Of a DNA stretch of 64,000 nucleotides, positions 18,346-28,443 are shown in pieces; position 1 is the stretch's first letter, and every line of letters starts with the position of its first letter. The translations under genes and the position numbers were made by a program. The DNA is taken from contig CAWJKZ010000014.1 in assembly GCA_963843575.1 (NCBI GenBank), positions 160,001 to 224,000 on the forward strand. Reading direction: 5' to 3'. The notes under the pieces are model-generated. The model had not been told where the DNA came from. It worked only from the letters and a program-made list of their open reading frames with translations, and did not search any database. This stretch comes from an uncultured Acidobacteriota bacterium. Its GTDB lineage: Bacteria; Acidobacteriota; UBA6911.

Positions 18346-19692
18346 TCAGCCGCCCGCGCCCGGCAGGCCGCCGGGTCGATGCAGCGAGCGGACGTCACGG
18401 CCGAGGGTTCTCGCACCCCTGAACAGCACGGCCGACAGGAGCAGGGCGAGGATCGGGGAGAAGAGCATGACCTGGTGGAGCCCGACGGCCCGAAAACGGT
18501 CCGGGACCGGGCCGCCGGCGGCGAGGGCACCGGCCGCCGCCGCGGCGCGGAGCGCGAGTCGGTCGCTAGCCCAGCCAGCCAGCACGGGTCCGAGTGAAGC
18601 GCCCAGCACGTACATGGCCAGCAGGTAGATGGCCATCGCGGTGCCCCTGAGGGAGGGTTCGATCACGTCGTGGATCGTGGAGTAGACGGTTCCGTAGTAC
18701 GCGTACATCAGCATCAGGGCCGTGCCCTGAAACAGCATGAACGCCGCAATATTTCCCGGAGACTGAAGCGCCGCCAGGAGGGCGGCCGGCGCGCTGGCCA
18801 GGAGGGCTGCCGCCGGAACGATCATGCGGCCGTCCGGCCTGCGCCGGGCGAGGGCGTCGCCCGCCAGACCTCCGGCCAGCATACCGGCGCCGCCTAGGGC
18901 GCCGACGATGATACCCGACACGAACCCCGCGGTTTGTAGGCCGGCACCGTGGTAACGGATCAGGTAGGCGGGCAGGAACAGGGTTACCGCGTACAGGTTG
19001 AAGTTGTGGACGGCGCCCGAGACTATGATCCAGCGCATCGTCGGTATGCTCAACACGAGCCTCGCGGGGGAGCCGGGCCTCCTGACCGATCCCAGGTCCG
19101 GATCCGCGAGGCCGCGCCGGGGTTCCGGCAGCCAGAGGCACAGGGCGGCCAGCAGGAGCCCGGGCGTCCCGGCCACCCAAAAGGCCGCGCGCCAACCGAA
19201 ATGCTGCGCCACAGCCCCGCTGACCCCATAGCTCAGGGCCAGGCCCACAGGCAGGCCCAGCATGAAAACGGACATGGCCCGGGCACGGACGCGCGGGCCG
19301 AACAGGTCGCCGATGAGCGAGGTTGCCGCCGGAGCGCAAACGGCCTCCCCCGCTCCGACGCCGAGCCTCAGGGCGAAGAGGGAGGCGAAGCTCCGGCACA
19401 GGCCCGATGCGAAGGTGAGGGCGCTCCAAACCGAGAGACCCGTCGCAAGGAGCCATCTTCGCGGCCTCGTGTCGGCCAGGCGACCCAGTGGGATGCCCGC
19501 GAAGGCGTAGATCAGGGTGAAGGCAGTGCCGAGCCAGCCCAGCTGTGTGTCGGAAAGGCGCCATTCGAGCCGCAACGGCTCCGTCACTGCGCTCAGGACC
19601 TGGCGGTCGAAGAAATTGACCGTGTTGACGGCAAACAGCAGCCCGAGGGCGGCCAGGCGCCGTTGCCCCGGAGAACCGTCTGCCGGCTTCAC
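18346..19692 (-). CDS. MFS transporter (spinster-like)
   Basis: [34 protein letters not shown]; about 12 TM. GTG start overlaps the leuD stop. Confidence 0.85.
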   Translation of the reverse strand: MKPADGSPGQRRLAALGLLFAVNTVNFFDRQVLSAVTEPLRLEWRLSDTQLGWLGTAFTLIYAFAGIPLGRLADTRPRRWLLATGLSVWSALTFASGLCRSFASLFALRLGVGAGEAVCAPAATSLIGDLFGPRVRARAMSVFMLGLPVGLALSYGVSGAVAQHFGWRAAFWVAGTPGLLLAALCLWLPEPRRGLADPDLGSVRRPGSPARLVLSIPTMRWIIVSGAVHNFNLYAVTLFLPAYLIRYHGAGLQTAGFVSGIIVGALGGAGMLAGGLAGDALARRRPDGRMIVPAAALLASAPAALLAALQSPGNIAAFMLFQGTALMLMYAYYGTVYSTIHDVIEPSLRGTAMAIYLLAMYVLGASLGPVLAGWASDRLALRAAAAAGALAAGGPVPDRFRAVGLHQVMLFSPILALLLSAVLFRGARTLGRDVRSLHRPGGLPGAGG

Positions 19693-20285
19693 GACTGTCC
19701 GGCGCGTGCGGACTCGAACGCGGCGATGCGCTCGGAGAACTTCAGCAGATAACCGAGCTCGTCCAGACCCTCGAGCAGGCATTTCTTCGAGAACGGGTCG
19801 ATGGGAAACGCCACAACCTCCCCGTCGGGCAACGTCAGGGTCTGGGCCTGCAGGTCTACGACTGCTTCGGAGTCGGGATGCGCGGCGACGAGGCGGAAGA
19901 GTCTCTCGTGATGGACGCGGTCGACCCTGATGGGGAGGATCCCGTTCTTCAGACAGTTGTTGCCGAAAATGTCGGCGAACGAGGTGCTGATCAGAGCACG
20001 GAAGCCGAAGTCCGCGAGCGCCCAAGGGGCATGTTCGCGCGAGCTGCCGCACCCGAAGTTGTCGCCCGCCAGCAGGATGGACGCGCCGGCGCCGCTGGGC
20101 TGGTTCAGGATGAAGTCGGGGCGGGGGTTGCCGGAGGCATCGTACCGCCAGTCGTAGAACAGGATCTTGCCCAGGCCCGTCTTTTCCGTGGTCTTGAGAA
20201 ACCGGGCCGGTGTGATCTGGTCGGTGTCGACGTTCTCGCTGGGGAGGGGAACAAGACGGCTGCGCAGCTGGCGAAAGGGTTGCAT
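19689..20285 (-). CDS. leuD: 3-isopropylmalate dehydratase small subunit
   Basis: [43 protein letters not shown]. Confidence 0.95.
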   Translation of the reverse strand: MQPFRQLRSRLVPLPSENVDTDQITPARFLKTTEKTGLGKILFYDWRYDASGNPRPDFILNQPSGAGASILLAGDNFGCGSSREHAPWALADFGFRALISTSFADIFGNNCLKNGILPIRVDRVHHERLFRLVAAHPDSEAVVDLQAQTLTLPDGEVVAFPIDPFSKKCLLEGLDELGYLLKFSERIAAFESARAGQS

Positions 20286-20296
20286 CGGCGTATGTC

Positions 20297-21697
20297 CTAT
20301 AGAAACGCGCGGGCGTCGGCTACGGCGCCGGCGACCGCGGAGGCGGCGGCGGTGAGCGGGCTGGCCAGCAGCGTCCGGCCTCCCGGCCCCTGCCGCCCTT
20401 CAAAGTTGCGGTTGCTCGTGCTGATGCAGTACTCGCCGGGCCGCAGCTGGTCCCCGTTCATCGCGATGCACATGCTGCATCCCGGCTCGCGCCACTCGGC
20501 GCCTGCTTCCTCGAAAACACGCTGCAGGCCCTCGCGCTCGGCGGCGTCCTTGATGACCTTCGACCCGGGCACGACGAAGACACGGAGCCCCTCGCGCACC
20601 TTTCGCCCCCTGAGAATTCGTGCGGCGGCCCGCAGGTCCGCGATGCGCGAGTTCGTACAGCTCCCGATAAAAACCGTGTCGATGTGCTGTCCGAGAATCG
20701 GCTGCCCCGGTTTCAGCCCCATGTACTCAAGGGCCCTGGAAACGGCATTTCTCTCGGAGCCGTCCGCGATGCGGGCGGGATCGGGCACGCGTCCCGTGAC
20801 GGGGATCCCCATGCCCGGGTTGGTTCCGTAGGTGATCATCGGCTCGAGCGCCGCCGCGTCCAGGCGCACGGAACGGTCGAAGGCCGCGCCGTCATCGGTG
20901 CGGAGCTGGCGCCAGCGTGCGAGGGCCGCGTCCCACGCGGCGCCCTCGGGCGCAAACGGCCTTCCCGCCAGGTACTGGAACGTGGTGTCGTCCGGCGCGA
21001 TCATGCCGGCGCGAGCCCCGCCCTCGATCGACATGTTGCAGACCGTCATGCGCTCTTCCATGTCCATGGCCTGGACCGCGCTCCCGGTGTACTCGATGAC
21101 GTGGCCGGTCGCGCCCCCAACGCCGATCCGGGCGATGAGCGACAGTATGACGTCCTTGGCGCTCACGCCAAGCTGCAAGGTTCCGTCGACCCGGACCTCG
21201 AAGGTGCGCGGACGCCGCTGCAGGAGACACTGGGTGGCGAGCACATGCTCGACCTCGCTGGTGCCGATGCCAAAGGCCAGGGCCCCGAATGCCCCGTGCG
21301 TCGAGGTGTGGCTGTCGCCGCAGACGATCGTCTTGCCCGGCTGCGTCACGCCGAGCTCGGGCCCGATTACGTGCACGATCCCCATGCGGGCATCGCCCAT
21401 CCCGTAGAGGCGGATCCCGAATTCCGCGCAGTTGGCCTCGAGCTGCCGCACCAGCCGTTCGGCGAGCGGATCGGCGAGCGGGAGACCCTGCCCCCGTGTC
21501 GGTATGATGTGGTCCATCGTGGCCACGGTGCGTACCGGGACCCGCACCTTCATGCGGCGCTCCCTGAGGCCCTGGAACGCTTGAGGCGATGTCACCTCGT
21601 GCACCAGGTGCAGGTCGACGTAGAGCACCGCAGGACAGTCCGGTTCGGCGGCGATCACATGAGAGTCCCAGATTTTCTCGAACAGTGTTTTCGTCAT
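20297..21697 (-). CDS. leuC: 3-isopropylmalate dehydratase large subunit
   Basis: [54 protein letters not shown]. Confidence 0.95.
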   Translation of the reverse strand: MTKTLFEKIWDSHVIAAEPDCPAVLYVDLHLVHEVTSPQAFQGLRERRMKVRVPVRTVATMDHIIPTRGQGLPLADPLAERLVRQLEANCAEFGIRLYGMGDARMGIVHVIGPELGVTQPGKTIVCGDSHTSTHGAFGALAFGIGTSEVEHVLATQCLLQRRPRTFEVRVDGTLQLGVSAKDVILSLIARIGVGGATGHVIEYTGSAVQAMDMEERMTVCNMSIEGGARAGMIAPDDTTFQYLAGRPFAPEGAAWDAALARWRQLRTDDGAAFDRSVRLDAAALEPMITYGTNPGMGIPVTGRVPDPARIADGSERNAVSRALEYMGLKPGQPILGQHIDTVFIGSCTNSRIADLRAAARILRGRKVREGLRVFVVPGSKVIKDAAEREGLQRVFEEAGAEWREPGCSMCIAMNGDQLRPGEYCISTSNRNFEGRQGPGGRTLLASPLTAAASAVAGAVADARAFL

Positions 21698-21753
21698 AGC
21701 TCGGAATCCATCGGATGCAGGAAAAAAAAGTCATTTTGCCATCATGGCAGGCG

Positions 21754-23943
21754 CTACTCAAAGCGGAATCGCAGGCCGGCGTGAAAGCGGCGGGGCATGC
21801 CGACGGTCTGGACTGGTGTGCGCCCGACGGGATAGGTTTCGTCCGAGAGGTTCTCGCAGGCGGCAAAGAGCTGCGTGCGGCGGGTCAGTGACTTGCCTGC
21901 GGAAAGATCGACAACCCCGTAGCCGCCCAGGACGAGGCGGTTCTGGTCGTCGTCGTACTGCCTGGACGTGAGGCGGAGCGCCGCGCTGACGAAATAGCCC
22001 CGCCTCGCGAATTCGAGTTGCAGTACGGCCTGGTGTGTCGGGACCTGAGGCACGCGCAACCCGACAAGTTCGGAGACTGCCGGCGCCGAACGCACCGTGG
22101 CGTCCGACAGGAAATACCCGGCCGACACCAGCCAATCCGCCCCGAGCCGAACGGCGGCGTCGAGCTCCAGCCCCCGGCTCCTCGTCGCGCCGAGGTTCTG
22201 TCGCTGCCGGGTGATCAGGGCCGGGGTGGAGGAGAGAGTGACGTTGGCGATGTTCCCCTTGATCTGCGACGTGAAGAGGGTTCCGCGCAGCACGAGGGGG
22301 GCCGCCGGGGACCAGTCCACCCCGATTTCACTCGAGACCGCGGTTTCGGGAAGCAGGCCCGGGTTGGCTGCCGTGACGATGTTGCCGACCCGGAAGGATC
22401 GATAGAGTTCGTTGAGGGTGGGGGCCCGGAACGATCGGGAAACGGACGAGCGCACGGCCAGACCGCTGCCCAGCTGCAGGCGCGCCCCAACCTTCGGGCT
22501 CCACTCGGCGCCCCGCCAGATGCCGCCGTTGCGCCAGGCGTCGCGGCGCGCGCCCGCCACGATCTGCAGCCGGTCGCTGGCGCGGAAGAGCTCCTGCAGA
22601 TAGACCCCGACCCGATCCTGACGCCCCCCGGCCTCGGTTTGTGCGCCGGGCCGGCCGGCGGCATAAGGGACTTCCCGGCTGGCGCCCCTTACGGCGGAGT
22701 AGTCCGAACCCGCCAGCAGGAGGTGGCGCGGCCCGAGCGCGCGCCGCCACAGCGCCTGCGCTCCGGCGCCGCGCGCGGGCACGTGCTGCAGGCGGGTGAG
22801 CGTTTCCGACGTCCGGTCGAGGGCCACCGCAGAGAAGGCCGCGTCGAAACTCTCGTCCTGAAAGAATCCCAGCAGCGCCCACTCGTTCTTCGCCTGAGTG
22901 ACGAAGGCCGCGCCGGCGGAGGCGGCGCTCATCTGGGTGTCGTTGACCTGCAGCGGCGTCCCGTTGCCCCGCCTTTCCGTGAAGTGCGCGAGGCTCGCGA
23001 AGATCCGGCCGCCGTTTCGGAGCCGGAAGTCCCACGTTGCTTCGTATGCCTGGTGGCGGCTGCGGGCCTCGATGTCGACCGGGCCTCGCTCCGCCGGCGC
23101 GACCTGGTTGTATCCGTCGGTACGGAAAAGATCGGCGGCGAGCGACACGCCCTGGCGCCCGAGCCTGTGGGAGCCGTAGACGGCATAGTCTACGGTGCCG
23201 AATCCGCCGTAGTACCCCTCCGCCATTAGGGTGGAGGAGCGCGGCCGCTTCCGGAAAACCTGGATGACTCCGCCAAGCGCGTCGGTGCCGTAGAGTTCGG
23301 ACGCGCCGCCGCGCACGATTTCGATGCGGTCGACCGACAGCCGCGGAATGCGCCCCCAGTACACCCAGCCGCCGAAAGGGTCGTTCAGCGGCACGCCGTC
23401 GGCGAGCACCAGCGTTCGGCTCGCCCCGCTCGGGCCTGCGCCCCGGAGCGATACCCCCTGCGCGGTCGGGTGTGCGACCAGGCTTCCCGATCGCCTGAAA
23501 AGCGAAAATCCCGGAATCTTCCGGAGCTGGTCGTCCAGCGTGATCGCCGCGTTCCGCTCCAGGTCCTGGCTGGATACGGAGATCACGGCCTGGGTCGACT
23601 GAGACAGCGGAGTCTCGGCGCCTTCGGCCGTCACCGTAACGGAATCCGATGTCGCATGGCGCAGCAGCTGCACCAGCACCTCGGACTGGCCGGGCGGGAC
23701 CAGGTTTTGCGAGAATACGGCGAAGCCGGGCGCCAGGACCTGCAGGCGCACCGGGAAGCCCGACACCCCGACTGCGCACCTGCCGTCCGCGCCCGTGCGG
23801 ACCTGCATGGTGCGGCCTGCGGCATCCTCGGCGCTGACCAGAGCATAGGGAACAGGTGTGTCGCGCCCTTCGATCACCCGGATGAAGAGTTCCGCGCCCT
23901 GGGCCAGGATCGCCACGAGGAGCACGGAAATGAAAGGCATCAT
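21754..23943 (-). CDS. TonB-dependent receptor with N-terminal carboxypeptidase-regulatory-like domain
   Basis: Signal peptide, SVTVTA TonB-box-like segment, plug (LRGAGPSGASRTLVLADGVPLNDPFGGWV, IEIVRGGASELYG), FRAPTLNELY, C-terminal GLRFRFE. Confidence 0.9.
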   Translation of the reverse strand: MMPFISVLLVAILAQGAELFIRVIEGRDTPVPYALVSAEDAAGRTMQVRTGADGRCAVGVSGFPVRLQVLAPGFAVFSQNLVPPGQSEVLVQLLRHATSDSVTVTAEGAETPLSQSTQAVISVSSQDLERNAAITLDDQLRKIPGFSLFRRSGSLVAHPTAQGVSLRGAGPSGASRTLVLADGVPLNDPFGGWVYWGRIPRLSVDRIEIVRGGASELYGTDALGGVIQVFRKRPRSSTLMAEGYYGGFGTVDYAVYGSHRLGRQGVSLAADLFRTDGYNQVAPAERGPVDIEARSRHQAYEATWDFRLRNGGRIFASLAHFTERRGNGTPLQVNDTQMSAASAGAAFVTQAKNEWALLGFFQDESFDAAFSAVALDRTSETLTRLQHVPARGAGAQALWRRALGPRHLLLAGSDYSAVRGASREVPYAAGRPGAQTEAGGRQDRVGVYLQELFRASDRLQIVAGARRDAWRNGGIWRGAEWSPKVGARLQLGSGLAVRSSVSRSFRAPTLNELYRSFRVGNIVTAANPGLLPETAVSSEIGVDWSPAAPLVLRGTLFTSQIKGNIANVTLSSTPALITRQRQNLGATRSRGLELDAAVRLGADWLVSAGYFLSDATVRSAPAVSELVGLRVPQVPTHQAVLQLEFARRGYFVSAALRLTSRQYDDDQNRLVLGGYGVVDLSAGKSLTRRTQLFAACENLSDETYPVGRTPVQTVGMPRRFHAGLRFRFE

Positions 23944-24121
23944 CGAAAATCACCTCGCCGCTTAGTTGCGGGAAAGCCGGACTGCACGGCGGTGCGGGCT
24001 TCAGCCCGGAACGCATGGATGCGCCCGTGAGCGAAAACCGGAACCCGTGTTATACTTCAAATTTTACGTTCGGTCAGGCCCCGAATTGGCCTTTGTTCCC
24101 AACCTTTGAGGATAATACCCG

Positions 24122-24727
24122 TTGCCAGCCAAAAGGAGAATTCCCCCGAAAACCTGCAAGCTGATCGACGAGGCGTTGAGCGCCATCATCGACCAGTGGT
24201 ATCTGAGCGTCAGTGACTACTACGTCACGGCCGAAAAGAAAGCGGAGAATCCCGCGCTCGAGCTCCCCGAAGAGCTCAAGCGTTTTCACGACGAGAACCG
24301 GCACCGCATCAAGTTCAACAAGGGTGACCTGGATTTCACCTACGGGTTGAGCCTGGAATCGACTCCGGACCGGACGGAGCTCGAAGTGAGTGTGAACAAC
24401 AAAGTCCCGAACTTCAACTACGGGGAGCTGGTACGGCGCCTCACCGCCTATTACGCGCAGGCCAGCGCCAAGCCCATCGAGGGTGTCAAGAAGCTCAAAC
24501 GGGTGCGGAACTGCGATGTCTTCACCTTGCCTGAGGACTTGAATTCCTGCATCGCCGTGGAACAGCGGGAGGGCAAGGCCGAAATCGTGCGCTTGACCTT
24601 CGGCGTGCACGAACAGTATCTGGACGAGATGATCGCGGACCCGCCCGGTTTCATGGATGCCATTCACCAGTACTGCGTCGCACCGCTGCGGCGCATCTAC
24701 GCCGACATTTACCGGATCCGCAAATAG
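24122..24727 (+). CDS. Hypothetical cytoplasmic protein
   Basis: 201-aa ORF with GC3-biased codons and GAGG RBS before TTG; extended -10 TGTTATACT at 24048-24056. No recognised motif. Confidence 0.7.
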   Translation: MPAKRRIPPKTCKLIDEALSAIIDQWYLSVSDYYVTAEKKAENPALELPEELKRFHDENRHRIKFNKGDLDFTYGLSLESTPDRTELEVSVNNKVPNFNYGELVRRLTAYYAQASAKPIEGVKKLKRVRNCDVFTLPEDLNSCIAVEQREGKAEIVRLTFGVHEQYLDEMIADPPGFMDAIHQYCVAPLRRIYADIYRIRK

Positions 24728-25007
24728 GATCATGGGCGGCCGGCCGCCGGCCCCCACCGCGATTCCGGCCAGTCCGGTGCCGGGAGTGCGCGACGCTGGT
24801 CTTTCAAGCACGGGCGCTCGCCGCGCTCAGGGCGGCATGCCGAACATCCCAGTCCGCCCGAGCGGTCACCACCCGCGGACGCCGTGGCCATGCGTGCACG
24901 GGCCGGTTACGGAGGGGGTGACTCTTCGGACCGGCATTCGGCGCAGTGGTAAACTCGAACCGGGCCATTGTCATTATCCAGTGCGTCAGATCTCTCGGGA
25001 GGACACA

Positions 25008-25969
25008 ATGCGCGCAATCACGATTCTGACCGGATGCTGCGTTCTGCTGCTCGTCTGCTGTTCGATCTCGGCCGATGCGTCGGAGGTCACGCTCCGTAAG
25101 GGCGACGGGCGAATCGACGTGTCGATCGACGGGAAGCCGTTCACGACCTACTACTACGCCGCCAGCCAGGCCAAGCCGTACTTCTATCCCCTGCGGGCCG
25201 CCGACGGCCTGGTGGTAACCCGGCATTTCCCGATGGACCCGGCGTTCGCCGGCGAGGAAAAGGACCGCGACCACCCGCACCAGCGCTCCTGCTGGTTTAC
25301 CTTCGGCGACGTCGACGGGGTGGACTACTGGGGCGAAACCTCCAAGATGCAGGGAAAGATCGTCCAGCGCAGCCTGGACAAGGTACAGGGCGGGGCGCCA
25401 AGGGAGTGATCGCCTCGACAATGGACTGGATCGACAACACCGGCCGGAAGGTGCTCGTGCAGAAACAACAGGTGACCCTGCACGGCGATGCGTCGCGGCG
25501 GTATCTGGACTTCACGGTGACGCTGACGCCCGTCGATCGGGAGGTGACCTTCCGCGACACCAAGGAAGGCATGTTCGGCGTGCGGCTCGCCACCCCGCTA
25601 AAGGAAGACATCGGCGGGTTGATCTCCAACTCGACCGGGGCGACCCGGGAGAAGAACTGCTGGGGCAAGAAGGCCGAATGGGTGGATTACTCCGGCGCCC
25701 TGACCGGCACCAAGGTCGGGGTCACGATAATGGACCATCCGAAAAACCTGCGCCACCCCACGACCTGGCACGTGCGCGCCTACGGGCTGTTTGCCGCGAA
25801 TCCTTTTGGCCTGAAAGATTTTACCGGAGACAAGTCCCAGGACGGCAGCTACCGGCTGGCCCCCGGCAAGGAGCTCACCTTTCGTTACCGGATCCTGATT
25901 CACCCCGGCGACGCGGCCCAGGCGGGTCTCGCGAAGGAATATGCGGAGTATGTTCGCGAGGTGAAATAG
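25008..25969 (+). CDS. Secreted DUF6807 (so-called PmoA-family) protein, frameshift near 25400
   Basis: Signal peptide, KPYFYPL, DHPHQRSCWF, DTKEGMFGVR, WGKKAEWVDYSG, DHPKN.RHPTTWHVRAYGLFAANPFG across two frames. Confidence 0.75.
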
Positions 25970-25970
25970 C

Positions 25971-27566
25971 ATGCAGGTCCCGCTGACCCCGCTCCGTTTC
26001 AAGCGACGGGCGCTGGCACTGCACGGCGGCCGGCTCGGGGTTGTCTGCGGCGCCTTCCGCTATTCGTACCGCGAGTTCTTCGACCGGTGCGACCGGCTCT
26101 CCAGGGCGCTCGAGGGTCTCGGCGTGCGCCGGGGGGACCGGGTCGCGTTCCTGGCCTACAACTGTCACAGGCTGCTCGAGGCCTACTACGGCGTGGTCCA
26201 GATGGGCGCGATCCTGGTGCCGCTCAACGTCCGGCTCACGGGCGCCGACTTCGTGGCCATACTGGGCGACGCCGGGGCCCGGGTGCTTTTTTTTGACAGC
26301 GACTTCACCGACACCGTCGGGGGCATCCGGGCGGACCTGACCTCGATCGAGCAGCTGATCCCCCTGGACCTCCCCACGAGCGCAGGGTGGGATTCGAAGA
26401 AATCCTACGACGACCTCCTCGTGGATGCCGGGCCGGGGGCCTTTGATGCGGCCGAGCCCGCGGAAGAGGACGTCGCCGAGATCTTTTACACCAGCGGCAC
26501 GACGGGCAGCCCCAAGGGTGTAATGCTGACCCACCGGAATCTCTACCTGCACGCGCTGACGACCATCATCGGTCTCGGCCTCCAGGACACCGACGTTCAG
26601 CTGCACACGATCCCGCTGTTCCACGTCAACGGTTGGGGCTCCCCGCAGAGCCTGACGTGCGTCGGCGGGACGCACGTGATGCTGCGGCGGTTCGACCCGG
26701 CCGAAGTCCTACGCCTCCTCGAGTCCGAGGGGGTGACCCGGATGTCGCTCGTGCCCAGCATGGCGGGTGCCCTGCTGAGTCATCCGGATCTGGTGCGGCG
26801 CAAACACCCGCGGCTGCGCATGGTGAACCTGGGGGGCGCCGCGGCCTCAACCACCTTGGTCCGTCGCATGGAGGAGGCGTTCGGGTGCCCCTGTTTCTCC
26901 GGGTACGGCCTCACCGAGACTTCGCCCATCCTGACCCTCTCGTCGATCAGGGGCGTGCTCGCGGGGGCGTCCGCGGAAGAGAGGGTGCGCCGCGAGGCCA
27001 TGACGGGCTGGGCGCAGATCGGTGTGGAGGTCCGGGTGGTCGACGCGGAGGGCCGCGACGTGCCCCCGGACGGCAAGCAGGTCGGCGAGATCGCCGTGCG
27101 CGGCGACGGCGTCATGAAAGGGTACTGGCGCCAGCCGGAGGAAACTGCGCGCGTGCTCCGCGACGGCTGGTTCTACACCGGGGACCTGGCGACCATCGAT
27201 GCGGAAGGGTACGTCCTGATCGTGGACCGCAAGAAGGACATCATCATCAGCGGCGGCGAAAACATCTCGTCGCTGGAGATCGAGAAATGCCTGTACGGGC
27301 ACCCGGCGGTGTTCGAGTGCGCAGTCCTGGCCGTGCCGGACGAAAAATGGGGCGAGGTTCCGAAGGCTCTCGTCGTCCGCGCCCCGGGAGAAGCCGCCAC
27401 CGCCGAGCAGCTGCTCGAACACTGCCGCCGCAACCTGGCCCCCTTCAAGTGCCCCCACTCGGTCGAATTCGTCGAGAGCCTCCCCAAGGGAGGCACCGGC
27501 AAGATCCTCAAGAGGGCCCTGCGCGAAAAATACTGGGCCGGCCAAACCGGACGCGTGCGCGGCTGA
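25971..27566 (+). CDS. Long-chain acyl-CoA synthetase (AMP-binding)
   Basis: YTSGTTGSPKG, LFHVNGWG, YGLTET, TGDLA, DRKKDIIISGGENISS, PKGGTGKILK. Confidence 0.9.
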   Translation: MQVPLTPLRFKRRALALHGGRLGVVCGAFRYSYREFFDRCDRLSRALEGLGVRRGDRVAFLAYNCHRLLEAYYGVVQMGAILVPLNVRLTGADFVAILGDAGARVLFFDSDFTDTVGGIRADLTSIEQLIPLDLPTSAGWDSKKSYDDLLVDAGPGAFDAAEPAEEDVAEIFYTSGTTGSPKGVMLTHRNLYLHALTTIIGLGLQDTDVQLHTIPLFHVNGWGSPQSLTCVGGTHVMLRRFDPAEVLRLLESEGVTRMSLVPSMAGALLSHPDLVRRKHPRLRMVNLGGAAASTTLVRRMEEAFGCPCFSGYGLTETSPILTLSSIRGVLAGASAEERVRREAMTGWAQIGVEVRVVDAEGRDVPPDGKQVGEIAVRGDGVMKGYWRQPEETARVLRDGWFYTGDLATIDAEGYVLIVDRKKDIIISGGENISSLEIEKCLYGHPAVFECAVLAVPDEKWGEVPKALVVRAPGEAATAEQLLEHCRRNLAPFKCPHSVEFVESLPKGGTGKILKRALREKYWAGQTGRVRG

Positions 27567-27651
27567 GGCGCTCCCACCGCTCGCGTTCAGCATTTACTAA
27601 GGCAAAATACCCTATAAGCCTTAATAAGTTAGTCAATACTGCACAATTCCC

Positions 27652-27680
27652 TTGACAGTGAGGCGCATGCCCCCTACATT
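27652..27680 (+). promoter_or_regulatory. sigma70 promoter of glnB (predicted leaderless)
   Basis: TTGACA-N17-TACATT, then 6 nt to the ATG at 27687; no Shine-Dalgarno. Confidence 0.7.
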
Positions 27681-27686
27681 GTCGCG

Positions 27687-28025
27687 ATGAAAATGATCCA
27701 CGCGATTATCCGCCCGCACCGGCTGCAGGACGTGAAGGAGGCGCTGGCGGACGCAGGTGTCGTCGGCATGACGGTCACCGACGTCCGCGGCGCCGGCCGG
27801 CAGAAAGGCCAGGTCGAGCGCTACCGCGGTTCCGAGTACAGCATCGACCTGCTCGCCAAGGTCAAGGTCGAAGTAGCCGTGCTCGACGACCAGTGCGAGG
27901 AGGTCATCCAGGCCATCCGGAAGTCCGCCTACACGGGTGAAATCGGCGACGGCAAGATTTTCATCATGCCGCTCGAGGACTCCGTGCGGGTGCGCACGGG
28001 CGAGCGCGGCGAGGATTCCCTCTAG
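27687..28025 (+). CDS. glnB: Nitrogen regulatory protein P-II
   Basis: AIIRP..L.DVKEAL, GRQKG.VERYRGSEY, TGEIGDGKIF, RVRTGERG. Confidence 0.95.
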   Translation: MKMIHAIIRPHRLQDVKEALADAGVVGMTVTDVRGAGRQKGQVERYRGSEYSIDLLAKVKVEVAVLDDQCEEVIQAIRKSAYTGEIGDGKIFIMPLEDSVRVRTGERGEDSL

Positions 28026-28061
28026 CATTTCCCCAGGATACGAACCAAGGAGGAGGAGCGG

Positions 28062-28388
28062 ATGGGACTCAGGGCTCGCACAAGAACAACTTCACATTTT
28101 GCTGACGGCTCCCGAGCCGCGCGAACCCTTAGCCCGAGCGACGTCGTCAAGCTGGACAAGAACCTTTACGACCTGCCGCCCGAGGCGAAGGCGCGGGTGA
28201 AATCGACCCCGTCGTCGCTGCCCGAAGCACTCGAGGCCCTGCAGAACGACCACGAGTTTCTTCTCAAAGAAGACGTGTTCACGCAGGACGTGATAGACAC
28301 CTCGGTCCACTGCAAGACCGCACACGAGGTCAACCCCGTCCGGCTGCGCCCCCATCCGTACGAGTACTTCCTGTACTACGATATCTAA
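28062..28388 (+). pseudogene. glnA: Internally deleted glutamine synthetase (GSI) remnant
   Basis: DKNLYDLPPE...PSSLPEALEAL.NDHEFLLK.DVFT.DVID...EV..VRLRPHPYEYFLYYDI is the GlnA C-terminus. Located between glnB and glnD; the catalytic core is absent. Confidence 0.85.
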
Positions 28389-28443
28389 ACCGCACTCGGA
28401 AGGGTGGCGCGGCCGGCCGCGCCCCACCCCCAGGGCCGCATCG

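Noticed and set aside
25008-25969. Methane monooxygenase (because of the PmoA family label)
   Set aside because: The protein is secreted and soluble, with no pmoB or pmoC nearby. The family name is a historical misnomer.
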